Positions 36,073 to 45,726 of a stretch of DNA of 64,000 nucleotides are shown one piece after another. The translations under genes were made by a program, and so were the position numbers. The notes below the pieces were generated by a model that did not search any database, was not told the origin of the DNA, and saw only the letters and a list, made by a program, of their open reading frames with translations. Positions within the stretch are counted from its first letter, which is position 1. The number at the start of each line of letters is the position of its first letter. This DNA comes from an uncultured Candidatus Saccharibacteria bacterium (GTDB lineage Bacteria > Patescibacteriota > Minisyncoccia > Sungbacterales > HO2-52-23): the NCBI GenBank assembly GCA_964585475.1, contig CAZPDF010000001.1, positions 1,441-65,440 on the forward strand, read 5' to 3'.

Positions 36073-36223
36073 ATGTTTTTTCGGTACGCCTATCGCTTGC
36101 CCCGGCGAGGCAAGCTCGCTCCAGCGCTCGGTTTCGCTCTCCTCGCATACGCTCGGAACCGTGCCCGCTCAACCTCGCGAGGCCCTCAAAAACATTCGTT
36201 ATACCAAATGAAGAAAGACAAAC
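36073..36223. other. structured 150-nt spacer between ftsE and ftsX, closed by the 12-bp inverted repeat ACGAATGTTTTT/AAAAACATTCGT
   Basis: Terminal IR plus an internal hairpin GCTTGCCCCGGCGAGGCAAGC. ftsE and ftsX are normally contiguous. Confidence 0.45.
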
Positions 36224-37132
36224 ATGCTGAAGGTAACCTTAAAACGTATATTAAAAGCCGGTTATTTGAGCTTTCGGCGGAATGGCTGGCTTTCTACGGC
36301 TACGATTTTGGTAATGGTGCTCGTGCTTTTTGTTTTGGGGAATCTGGTGTTTTTGAGTGCGATTGCAGCGACCGTGGTTGGGACGCTTGAATCCAAGATC
36401 GATATTAGCGTCTATTTCGTCTCTGACGCCTCGGAGGAAAATATCCTTGCCGTAAGGCGTGAAATCGAAGCCCTCCCCGATGTTGCCGGAGTGGCCTATG
36501 TGTCAAAAGATGAGGCGCTTGCCGACTTCAGGGAAAAACATAGCGGCAATGCTTTAATTGCCAACGCCTTGGACGAACTTGGAGAAAACCCGCTTGAAGC
36601 AAGTTTAAATATCAAAGCCAAAGACCCGGCCGATTACGGATCAATCAGCAATTTTCTGCTTCATAAAAACTATGCCGTCGTGGACAAAATCAATTATTTT
36701 GAAAATCAAATGGTAATTGAGCGGCTTGGAGCAGTTCTTACCACGGTGCGAAGTTCGGGTGCCGTTCTTGCAATCTTTCTTGCGTTTGTCTCGGTTTTGG
36801 TCGCGTTCAACACGGTGAGATTAGCAATTTACACCATGCGGGAAGAGATCGGGATTATGCGTCTGGTGGGGGCAACCAAGTGGTTTATCCGGGGGCCGTT
36901 TCTTTTGAACGGCGTATTCTACGGCGCGATTGCCGCACTCGCCGCGATATTTATATTTTTCCCTCTTACTTGGGCGGCGTCTCCCAAGCTTGCTCTGGTT
37001 GTTCCGAATTTCGAGCTTTTTCGGTATTTTCTTGATAATTTCTGGGAGTTTTTCGGCGTCATGCTTTTTGCCGGAGTTTTTCTTGGTGTTGTTTCGAGTT
37101 TCATCGCAATCAGGCGGTACCTCGATGCATAG
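36224..37132 (+). CDS. ftsX: cell division permease FtsX
   Basis: 302 aa. N-terminal TM, periplasmic domain, three C-terminal TM helices; adjacent to ftsE. Confidence 0.85.
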   Translation: MLKVTLKRILKAGYLSFRRNGWLSTATILVMVLVLFVLGNLVFLSAIAATVVGTLESKIDISVYFVSDASEENILAVRREIEALPDVAGVAYVSKDEALADFREKHSGNALIANALDELGENPLEASLNIKAKDPADYGSISNFLLHKNYAVVDKINYFENQMVIERLGAVLTTVRSSGAVLAIFLAFVSVLVAFNTVRLAIYTMREEIGIMRLVGATKWFIRGPFLLNGVFYGAIAALAAIFIFFPLTWAASPKLALVVPNFELFRYFLDNFWEFFGVMLFAGVFLGVVSSFIAIRRYLDA

Positions 37133-37190
37133 CCATTTCTCAATTTTTGTGTTATGTTTAAAATCGCCTATAGGGCGATTTTAAGTTTAT

Positions 37191-37261
37191 TCCGGGGTCG
37201 TCTAACGGTAGGACACATGCCTCTGGAGCATGGTATCTTGGTTCGATTCCAGGCCCCGGAG
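37191..37261 (+). tRNA. tRNA-Gln(CTG)
   Basis: TCCGGGG TC GTCT AACGGTA GGAC A CATGC CTCTGGA GCATG GTAT CTTGG TTCGATT CCAGG CCCCGGA G. It is followed by TTTTGTGCGGGAG, which resembles the CCCCGCAC repeat terminus. Confidence 0.85.
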
Positions 37262-37833
37262 TTTTGTGCGGGAGACGCGGAAATTGGGGGCAAAACGCAA
37301 AATGCTTTGCGTTTTGCGGGACTGCTACATTAAATCCGCGAGCTAACGAGCGTAAAAAATAAAGGCAGTCCCGGGAATTTGTGAAGGAACAAATTGATTC
37401 TCTGTCCCGGAGTTTTATGATAGAACTTATCTATGGAAAACCCAATTGAAAAAGGCCCTGAACGGATCCTGACAAAAGAAGACGTCATGGAGGTTATTGC
37501 TCGTCATGCGGAAAATGCTATCCTCGTTCGAGAGTTGTCTGACGAGCAGGGACTCTACTTACTTGAAGTAAAAGTAGAAGGCAAAGAGTCCGATGAAATT
37601 ATCCAATATCAATATATGAGGAAAGGAAGGTTCCCAAACCACAACGAAGCATCAGAAACTGCTATTCATGCTGTGTATTATCAAGGTGAAACGCCAGTTG
37701 GTGGAGATAAAATTGCTGTTTATAAATCTGAAATGGGGGGCTGGGAAGAAGTAGAATAAGTTCCAACATCGTCCCACAGCCGTAGAGCCCTTGCGATTCC
37801 TACCGAGATGGGTCATGCGCTATATCCACAAAA

Positions 37834-38541
37834 ATGGCAACTGATTTTTCTTCAAAACAGTTATCCGAAACATACTCTGAAGGGGTAACGGCCGAAGGGC
37901 TCAGTTTACGGCCAGTAGTTTTGGAATTAGTTGGAGATGTGCGGGAAAAAGAGGTGCTGGATATAGGTTGCGGCGATGGCCGTTATAGCATCGTCTTTGG
38001 AGAGAATGGGGCTAAGGTTACCGCAATTGATCTTTCACCTCATCAAATAGCGATAGCGATGCAGAAGCATTCACACCCTAATATCAACTACAGTACCGGA
38101 GATGTTACGAGCGACATTGTCGAAGATAATTCTATAGATTTAGTCTTTGCTAATTTAGTTGTTCCAGACCTAGATAATTTAGAAAAGCTGGGCAGGTTAT
38201 TTTTTCTTTCCAGGCGAGTACTAAAAGTGCAGGGCAGGTTGATTTTCTCGGTCCTTCATCCCCTGTATCTTTGTTCAGACCAAGATAATTTTGATAAAGC
38301 GGTTAGCTTTGATCCCAAAGGTTATTTCAACGAAGGAAGCAACTACCGTGCGGAGGCCCTGACGAATGCCGGAAATAAAATGACGTTCGATGAGACGCAT
38401 TTCAGCCTGACCTTTATTTCTAAATTGCTCAGAGAACAGAACTTTTTAATTCGATCCATATCGGAAAGTCGTCAAGTTCCTGAAAAGGGAATGTTTCTCC
38501 CGAAGTATCTTGTTTTTGAATGTATTCCAGCTGAAAAGTGA
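37834..38541 (+). CDS. class I SAM-dependent methyltransferase
   Basis: 235 aa. Motif I VLDIGCGDGRYS. AT-rich relative to its surroundings; it sits just downstream of tRNA-Gln. Confidence 0.7.
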   Translation: MATDFSSKQLSETYSEGVTAEGLSLRPVVLELVGDVREKEVLDIGCGDGRYSIVFGENGAKVTAIDLSPHQIAIAMQKHSHPNINYSTGDVTSDIVEDNSIDLVFANLVVPDLDNLEKLGRLFFLSRRVLKVQGRLIFSVLHPLYLCSDQDNFDKAVSFDPKGYFNEGSNYRAEALTNAGNKMTFDETHFSLTFISKLLREQNFLIRSISESRQVPEKGMFLPKYLVFECIPAEK

Positions 38542-38890
38542 GACGCAAGGCGTCTAGCCTTTTGAGGGCCTCATTTAAGTTAAAATAACCCCTACCAAGA
38601 CCCCCGCCTTCGGCGGAAGGTACCTGATTCACCGTTAATCGATACTTGAGGAGGCCAGTCGGATCTAGTTTTAAAATATGTGGGAAGATTTTTTAGCAAA
38701 TTATCTCGCTTCGCTCGCATCGGCCCTCACCTTGGCGCTTCTTGGTTTCGGGTCGTATAAAATTTATAAGAGGAGGAAGCGGGGTGCGGGGAAATATTAA
38801 TAGATGAGGTAACCCTTAAATCGCTGATTGAACTTTGTTTTTTGGCTCCCGGATATGATAGGATGGAATCGGGGTGGCGCTTGACTACTT

Positions 38891-40435
38891 ATGTTTTACC
38901 GAAAACCCTTATTCATTGTTTTAGCATTTGCGGCCCTTGGCGTTTTCGCCGGAGGGTATGTTTATTTTGGACGCTCGTCCAAAGAGGCCCCCGCGGTCGT
39001 AAGCGTAAAACGTGCAGACATCGTTCAGGAAGTAAACGTGACCGGGAGAGTGAAACCCGCGTCCGAGGCAAATCTTGCTTTTGAAAAAATTGGCAAAGTT
39101 ACGAGCGTATACGTCAAAGTGGGGGAACGGGCTCTGGCCGGACAGGTGCTGGTAGTACTTGATAATGCCGAGATCCTCGCGTCTCTGGCGGATGCCGAGG
39201 CGAATGTTCGCGCTAAAATCGCGAAACTCGACGAGCTAAAACGCGGCACCAGGTCCGAGGAGATCCGTATACAAGAGGTTAAGGTGGAGAACGCGAAAGT
39301 AGCGGTGGAAGATGCGAAGCGAAATCTTCTCGATAAGATCCAAGATGCGTATACAAAATCGGACGATGCCGTACGAAATGATGCGGACCAATTTTTTTCT
39401 AACCCCCGAAGTTTAAATCCCCAGCTTACATTTGTGAATGTTGATACGGGACTCAAAGCCGATCTTGAACGGGAGCGGCCGATTCTCGAGACGATGCTGA
39501 ACTCCTGGAGTGCATCGCTTGCGGCTTTAAGCGTATCGCAAGACCTTCTTTCTTATGCGAAAGCCGCCCGGGAAAATCTGGGGCGGATAAAATCATTTTT
39601 GGATAAGGCCTCGCTTGCGGTAAACGTGCTTACGCCGACCTCAAATCTTTCCCAGACAACCGTTGATGCGTGGAAGACGGCAGTGTCTGGCGCCCGCGCG
39701 GATATTAATACTGCCTTAAGCAATTTGACCGTTGCGGAGGAGAAGCGTCGGGGTGCCGACTCCAATCTTGCTGTCGTGGAAAATGAGTTGGCGTTGAAGC
39801 TGGCAGGTGCTACGCCGGAAGAGATCGCGGCACAGGAAGCGGAAGTCGAGCGCGCACGCGCCAGCGTACTCACGATCCGCGCCCAGATTTCTAAAACCGA
39901 ACTCCGGGCGCCTTTTCGCGGAATCATAACGGAACAAAACGCCAAAGTGGGTGAGATTGCTGCTGCCAATAGCGCCCTTGTCTCTCTTATCTCGGAGACG
40001 CAATTTGAGATTGAAGCCAATGTTCCCGAAGCGGATATTGCCAAAATAAAAATTGGAAACTCCGCGCGAGTGACACTGGATGCCTATGGGAGTGACATCG
40101 GTTTTGACGCGTCGGTCGTATCTATAGACCCCGCGGAGAAAATTATTGACGGCGTGGCAACGTACCGCATCACGCTTCAATTTGCCAAAGAAGATATGCG
40201 GATCAGATCCGGCATGACCGCCAATATCGATATTGTAGGCGATCGGAGGCATAATGTTCTCGCCGTCCCGCAGCGGGCGATCAGTATCCGCAACGGCGAA
40301 AAAACAGTCCGCATACTTAAAGGAGGTGCGGCGCAAGAGGTGCGGGTGGGTACGGGGCTTCGCGGATCGGATGGCAATGTCGAGATAGTCCAAGGCCTTG
40401 AGGAGGGCGATCAGGTTATTCTCTCAAACGACTGA
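38891..40435 (+). CDS. efflux transporter periplasmic adaptor subunit (HlyD/MacA family)
   Basis: 514 aa. N-terminal TM, lipoyl/beta-barrel segments and a long coiled coil; precedes the ABC ATPase and permease genes. Confidence 0.8.
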   Translation: MFYRKPLFIVLAFAALGVFAGGYVYFGRSSKEAPAVVSVKRADIVQEVNVTGRVKPASEANLAFEKIGKVTSVYVKVGERALAGQVLVVLDNAEILASLADAEANVRAKIAKLDELKRGTRSEEIRIQEVKVENAKVAVEDAKRNLLDKIQDAYTKSDDAVRNDADQFFSNPRSLNPQLTFVNVDTGLKADLERERPILETMLNSWSASLAALSVSQDLLSYAKAARENLGRIKSFLDKASLAVNVLTPTSNLSQTTVDAWKTAVSGARADINTALSNLTVAEEKRRGADSNLAVVENELALKLAGATPEEIAAQEAEVERARASVLTIRAQISKTELRAPFRGIITEQNAKVGEIAAANSALVSLISETQFEIEANVPEADIAKIKIGNSARVTLDAYGSDIGFDASVVSIDPAEKIIDGVATYRITLQFAKEDMRIRSGMTANIDIVGDRRHNVLAVPQRAISIRNGEKTVRILKGGAAQEVRVGTGLRGSDGNVEIVQGLEEGDQVILSND

Positions 40436-40446
40436 AACCTCAAAAT

Positions 40447-41166
40447 ATGGCGTTGATTGAAACGAGGAATCTCGAAAAAATATACTCTGGCGAAAGTGTA
40501 GCAACTCCGGCGCTCCGCGCCGTATCTTTTTCTATTGATCGCGGGGAGTTCGTGGCCATCATGGGCCCTTCCGGATCGGGCAAATCAACCCTGCTTCATA
40601 TTTTGGGATTTCTTGACCGCCAAACCGGCGGCGAGTATCGTTTTGAGGGAAAAACCAGCGAGGATTATTCAAAAGCAGAAATAGCCCACGTGCGGAATAA
40701 AAAAATGGGGTTTGTGTTTCAGGCGTTTAATCTTCTGGCGCGGACTACGGTACTCGAGAATGTAAAGCTGCCGCTTCTTTATTCGGATGTCCCGGAATCG
40801 CATTGGGACGGCTTGGCAAAAAAAGCGATTGAGGCGGTCGGTCTCTCGCATAGGATTCAGCATGTGCCTTCCCAGCTTTCGGGCGGGGAGAAACAGCGAG
40901 TTGCGATTGCGCGCTCTCTCGTCAATAACCCCGAAGTAATTTTTGCAGATGAGCCGACCGGGAATCTTGATTCGAAATCCGGAAAGCAAGTGATGGAGAT
41001 TATACAGAATTTGAATCAAAAAGACGGGCATACCATTATTTTGATTACACACGAGACCTATACCGCGGAGCACGCCGGAAGGATCATCCGGTTGCTTGAC
41101 GGAAAAATAGAGAGCGACTCTCTCGTGAATCATCGGAGGAGGGCTGAGGACCAATTTATAAAATAG
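40447..41166 (+). CDS. ABC transporter ATP-binding protein (MacB/LolD-like)
   Basis: [35 protein letters not shown]. Confidence 0.9.
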   Translation: MALIETRNLEKIYSGESVATPALRAVSFSIDRGEFVAIMGPSGSGKSTLLHILGFLDRQTGGEYRFEGKTSEDYSKAEIAHVRNKKMGFVFQAFNLLARTTVLENVKLPLLYSDVPESHWDGLAKKAIEAVGLSHRIQHVPSQLSGGEKQRVAIARSLVNNPEVIFADEPTGNLDSKSGKQVMEIIQNLNQKDGHTIILITHETYTAEHAGRIIRLLDGKIESDSLVNHRRRAEDQFIK

Positions 41167-41190
41167 TTTTTTTCGGAGGAGCCAAAATCC

Positions 41191-42429
41191 ATGCGTTTTA
41201 CACATAATTTCAAAACCGCGTTTACCGGGCTTAAGACCCATAAATCCCGGTCTATTCTTACTATTCTCGGGATTGTGATTGGAATTACCGCCATCATTTT
41301 GGTCATGGCGGTGGGGCAAGGCGCCCAAGAATTGATTATTGGCCAAATTCAGGGGCTTGGGTCGCGTACCATAGCCGTGGTCCCGGGAAGACAGCCACGG
41401 GGGCCTTCCGACTTCGCGCAGATTTTCAGTGACTCACTTAAAGAAAAAGATTTGACGGCCCTCGAGCGTAAAGAGAATGTGCCGACCTTAAAGGAGATTA
41501 TGCCGGTGGTATTCGGGGGGGAGTCCGCCTCATACGAGGGCGAAACGTATCGGCTTACCATATTCGGCGCATCGGAGCTCATTTCAAAAATTTTTGATCT
41601 AGTCCCTGCCGAGGGTCGATTTTTTACTGATGACGACATAAAAAGCCGGGCCGATGTCGTGGTGATCGGAGCCAAAGTAAGGGACGAGCTTTTCGGCTCG
41701 TCAGATGCAATCGGTCAGAAAATAAAGATCAAGGAGAAAAGTTTTCGGGTGATAGGCATACTACCGAGAAAGGGACAAGTTTCTTTTTTCAATTTCGATG
41801 ATATGGCGATTGTGCCCTATACGACTGCTCAGCAGCTAATTTTTGGAATCAAGCACTTCCACCGTTTTATCATAGAGGCCGACTCTGAAGAAAATATCGC
41901 GCGGACCGTAAGAGACGTGAAGGAAACTCTGCGAAGTTCCCACGGCATTACCGATCCTCTGAAAGACGATTTCTTTGTTGAGACGCAAGCGGATCTTGTC
42001 GGCCGCCTGTCCACCGTTACTAACGTTCTTACCATACTTCTCGTCTCGGTTGCCGCGATCTCACTTCTTGTCGGCGGCATAGGCATCATGAATATAATGC
42101 TTGTTTCCGTAACCGAGAGGACGCGGGAAATTGGCCTGCGCAAGGCCGTGGGCGCAACCGAGAAAAATATTTTGACCCAATTTCTGCTTGAAGCGGTCAT
42201 GCTTACCGTAAGCGGCGGGATCGTCGGGATTGCGCTGGGAGCGCTTCTCTCCCTTGCGGCTTCCTTTATCTTGAGCCAATTCGTCGGCTTGAGCTGGAAA
42301 TTTACTTTTCCGATTTCAGCCGCACTGATAGGCCTGGCGGTCTCGACCTCTATCGGGATAATTTTTGGTATCTATCCTGCCCGTCAGGCCTCTTTAAAAA
42401 ACCCCATTGAAGCGCTACATTATGAGTAA
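41191..42429 (+). CDS. ABC transporter permease (MacB/FtsX-like, 4 TM)
   Basis: 412 aa. N-terminal TM, large periplasmic domain, three C-terminal TM helices. Confidence 0.85.
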   Translation: MRFTHNFKTAFTGLKTHKSRSILTILGIVIGITAIILVMAVGQGAQELIIGQIQGLGSRTIAVVPGRQPRGPSDFAQIFSDSLKEKDLTALERKENVPTLKEIMPVVFGGESASYEGETYRLTIFGASELISKIFDLVPAEGRFFTDDDIKSRADVVVIGAKVRDELFGSSDAIGQKIKIKEKSFRVIGILPRKGQVSFFNFDDMAIVPYTTAQQLIFGIKHFHRFIIEADSEENIARTVRDVKETLRSSHGITDPLKDDFFVETQADLVGRLSTVTNVLTILLVSVAAISLLVGGIGIMNIMLVSVTERTREIGLRKAVGATEKNILTQFLLEAVMLTVSGGIVGIALGALLSLAASFILSQFVGLSWKFTFPISAALIGLAVSTSIGIIFGIYPARQASLKNPIEALHYE

Positions 42430-42441
42430 TCTCTACATTAG

Positions 42442-43080
42442 ATGGAATATTTTATAGGAATAGATCTTGCAGGGCTAATCGAAACCGTTGGCTATATCGG
42501 TATTTTTGCAATTGTATTTGCCGAATCAGGACTCCTGATAGGTTTTTTCCTGCCCGGTGACTCCCTGCTTTTTACGGCGGGGATTCTTGCATCGCAGGGA
42601 TATTTCAATATCGCGATATTGACGTTTCTTTGTTTTGCGGGAGCAGTTTTGGGCGATTCTTTTGGGTATGCTTTTGGCAGAAAAGCCGGACCGAAAATTT
42701 TTACGAAAGAGGATTCAATTCTTTTTCACAAATCTCATCTTGAGCGAGCCCGGCGGTATTATGAGAAGCATGGCGGGAAAACGATTATTCTTGCGCGTTT
42801 TGTACCGATCGTCCGTACGTTTGCGCCGATTCTCGCGGGAGTTGGCGGCATGCACTACAAGACCTTTCTGTCGTACAATGTTTTCGGCGGCCTTATCTGG
42901 GGGGCTGGCCTCACGCTCCTTGGGTATTTTCTCGGGAGCGTGATTCCGGACGTTGACCGCTTTTTTTTTCCTCTTATTGCCTCGATTATAGTTTTATCAT
43001 TCCTTCCGCCGGTTATACATGTGCTGCGTGATAAAGAGGAGAGGAGACAGATTTTAAAATTTTTAAAAATGAGAAAATAG
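42442..43080 (+). CDS. DedA-family membrane protein (second copy)
   Basis: 212 aa. GYAFGRKAGPKIF...LARFVPIVRTFAPILAGV. Confidence 0.75.
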   Translation: MEYFIGIDLAGLIETVGYIGIFAIVFAESGLLIGFFLPGDSLLFTAGILASQGYFNIAILTFLCFAGAVLGDSFGYAFGRKAGPKIFTKEDSILFHKSHLERARRYYEKHGGKTIILARFVPIVRTFAPILAGVGGMHYKTFLSYNVFGGLIWGAGLTLLGYFLGSVIPDVDRFFFPLIASIIVLSFLPPVIHVLRDKEERRQILKFLKMRK

Positions 43081-43267
43081 ATTACTATTTAGGTGGCCCA
43101 CGCACTAATTTCGTAAAGATGTTTATCTTATTGCGGTTAAACATTCGTGGTATCGCCTCCGGCTTACCTAGAGGCCAATAAATACTTATTGCTAAAATTA
43201 GTGCGGGGCATAAGTTTTGTATCCAAAATTTCTTCGCTTAAGGGCTTTAAATTTTGGACAAAGCCTT

Positions 43268-44512
43268 ATGGATCACGAGGAAGCAAAAAAGCCAACCAAA
43301 TTTTTCGGACTTTCCCGGAACGTAATCTCCATGGGCGCGGTGAGTTTTTTAAACGATCTTTCCTCGGACATGATTTTTCCTTTTATTCCGATTTTTCTCA
43401 CAACGGTCCTTGGTGCCAGCGCTACATTTATCGGACTCATAGAGGGGATCGCGGATGCCACCGCCAGCATTTTGAAAATAGTTTCCGGCCGCCTCTCGGA
43501 TAAATGGAGGATTAGAAAACCATTTGCGGTTTTTGGCTATAGCTTGTCGGCGGCAGCAAAGCCCATTTTAGCTTTGGCTTCCGCACCCTGGCACGTTTTG
43601 GCAGTGCGGTTTTTGGATCGAGTGGGCAAAGGTACGCGCGACGCTCCGCGAGACGCGCTCCTTTCACTCTCGGCGGAGAAGCGGCATATCGGCCGTGCAT
43701 TCGGGTTCCACCGCGGAGCTGATACTTTAGGGGCGGCGCTCGGACCGCTGATCGCCTTTGCCGTTTTGCCATTTCTTGGAGGTGAGAGCGAGTCGGGGTT
43801 TCGCAATCTTTTTCTTCTCTCATTTGTAGCGAGCTTTTTTGCGGTACTTATTCTTAAGTTTTCGGTCCGTGAAGTTCGTAATAATATCGATGGCAAAGAA
43901 CCGCTTTTTCCGCCGAAATTTAGATTTAAGTATCTCGGCGTACCCTTTCTTATTTTCCTCGCTGCGGCAACTATTTTTTCTCTGGGAAAGGCCTCGGAGG
44001 CGTTTTTGCTACTCCGCGCGCAGGGACTGGGCGTTGCGATAATGCTTCTTCCGATAATTTATTTTGTGTATAACATCACTTTTGCTCTTTTCTCCACTCC
44101 TGCCGGTATGCTCTCGGATAAAATTGGGCACCGCAATACTTTTATGATCGGGATGCTTATTTTTTCCGGGACTTATTTTTTGTTCGCCCAAGCCACCTCG
44201 TCTCTTGCCATGTGGATTCTTTTCGCTGTCTACGGGTTTTATAGCGCATTTACCGAGGGAGTGGGGCGCGCCATAGTAGCGGATCTTGTGGAGGAAAAAT
44301 TCCGAGCAACCGCCTACGGAATGTACAGCGCCTTCACCGGTTTTGCGCTTCTGCCGGCAAGTCTGGTTTTCGGCATTTTGTGGGATCGCTTCGGGCCCAG
44401 CGTTTCATTCCAGTACGGCGCAATCCTCGGCCTTATCGCGTTCGTAATATTTCTTTTCCTGCGTTTGAAAAATCATCAGAAAGAGATGAATGCCGCATCA
44501 ACACGAAGCTAA
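43268..44512 (+). CDS. MFS transporter
   Basis: 12-TM pattern with the MFS loop motif GRLSDKWRIRKP. Start placed at MDHEE. Confidence 0.75.
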   Translation: MDHEEAKKPTKFFGLSRNVISMGAVSFLNDLSSDMIFPFIPIFLTTVLGASATFIGLIEGIADATASILKIVSGRLSDKWRIRKPFAVFGYSLSAAAKPILALASAPWHVLAVRFLDRVGKGTRDAPRDALLSLSAEKRHIGRAFGFHRGADTLGAALGPLIAFAVLPFLGGESESGFRNLFLLSFVASFFAVLILKFSVREVRNNIDGKEPLFPPKFRFKYLGVPFLIFLAAATIFSLGKASEAFLLLRAQGLGVAIMLLPIIYFVYNITFALFSTPAGMLSDKIGHRNTFMIGMLIFSGTYFLFAQATSSLAMWILFAVYGFYSAFTEGVGRAIVADLVEEKFRATAYGMYSAFTGFALLPASLVFGILWDRFGPSVSFQYGAILGLIAFVIFLFLRLKNHQKEMNAASTRS

Positions 44513-44530
44513 GGTTAGAATAACAAAGTT

Positions 44531-45271
44531 ATGGATAAGGATAAAATTTATCAACAAATCCTGAAAGAGGCAGAATCTGATTCCGACGTCATCGGCTTTG
44601 TGCTTGGTGCTGGTAGGGGCAAAGGAATTGTTGGTGAGTACTCAGACTATGATATTGCTATTATTGTTTCTGATGAGTTGAAAGCTGAGTATGTAGAAAA
44701 GTACGAAAAGAAATACCACCAGACCGAGATTATCGATATTGGAGTTTATTCCTTGACTGACTATAAGAATTACGCACAATGGGGCGCTCCCGATGCTCCC
44801 CATCGGTACAACTTTGCTTATCTGAAAGCTGTAATAGACAGAACAGGTGAAATTCAAAAAATAATCGACGCCAAAGGGGTAATACCGCCGGACAAAGTTA
44901 AAGAGTTCGTTGCCGCAGAACTGGATGGTTACATGAACTACTATTATCGAGCCGTTAAAAATTATCGTGATGGTAATATGACCGCCAGCCGATTAGACGC
45001 CGCCGAATCGATGGTCCCGCTCCTAGTGACATTATTCGGAGCAGAAGGTAGATTACGACCCTATAACAAGTATCTCGAATGGGATCTTAAAAATCACCCT
45101 TTAAAATTTTTGCCGTGGCCAGTAGACGAATTTATAGAAAAGATAATAAAAATCATGACGACGGGCGACATCAAAACCCAAAAGGAAATTTTCGAGAAAG
45201 TTTGCGAATTATTCAGAGCTCAAGGATACGGTGAGGTTATTGACGGATGGAAAGGGTACTATTTGGGTTAA
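44531..45271 (+). CDS. aminoglycoside 6-nucleotidyltransferase-like protein (ANT(6)/AadK family)
   Basis: 246 aa. N-terminal nucleotidyltransferase motif GFVLGAGRGKGIVGEYSDYDIAIIV. AT-rich gene. Confidence 0.6.
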   Translation: MDKDKIYQQILKEAESDSDVIGFVLGAGRGKGIVGEYSDYDIAIIVSDELKAEYVEKYEKKYHQTEIIDIGVYSLTDYKNYAQWGAPDAPHRYNFAYLKAVIDRTGEIQKIIDAKGVIPPDKVKEFVAAELDGYMNYYYRAVKNYRDGNMTASRLDAAESMVPLLVTLFGAEGRLRPYNKYLEWDLKNHPLKFLPWPVDEFIEKIIKIMTTGDIKTQKEIFEKVCELFRAQGYGEVIDGWKGYYLG

Positions 45272-45438
45272 AGCTGGTCTCTGCTGAGACCCCTCAATAA
45301 GTAGGAGTGAGTAGGGGGTCGCAGTTTGCCGCTTATTCAATAGAACTGTTATAAGCTTCATGTGCGAAAGACCCCTTGTGGGGTTTAAATACTTTATATA
45401 TAATCGGACTATAACTATCCGAGTACTATAAGAATACT

Positions 45439-45726
45439 ATGAAAAGAAAGTTTGATTATGCACTAGTTCTTGTTGAATGCCTCAAGAAAAGAAGCGGTGA
45501 ATTTATAGGCGTAAAGACGGTCGCGAAAGAATTTCGGCTTCCCGAAGCATACCTTGAGAAAGTGGCACAGGAGCTCAAGCGCGCCGGATGGCTTGAGGGG
45601 CGGAGAGGTGCTGGCGGAGGATATCGGCTTTTAAAGGATCCCGCCGCTGTTTCAGTGGAGAACCTGATCAATTTCTACGAGCCCGTTTACTCGTTTTGCC
45701 CGCTTCTTAGGGAGCTAAAAAAATGA
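45439..45726 (+). CDS. Rrf2-family (IscR-like) transcriptional regulator, short form
   Basis: 95 aa. HTH VKTVAKEFRLPEAYLEKVAQELKRAGWLEGRRGAGGGYRL. It sits directly upstream of the cysteine desulfurase gene. Confidence 0.7.
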   Translation: MKRKFDYALVLVECLKKRSGEFIGVKTVAKEFRLPEAYLEKVAQELKRAGWLEGRRGAGGGYRLLKDPAAVSVENLINFYEPVYSFCPLLRELKK

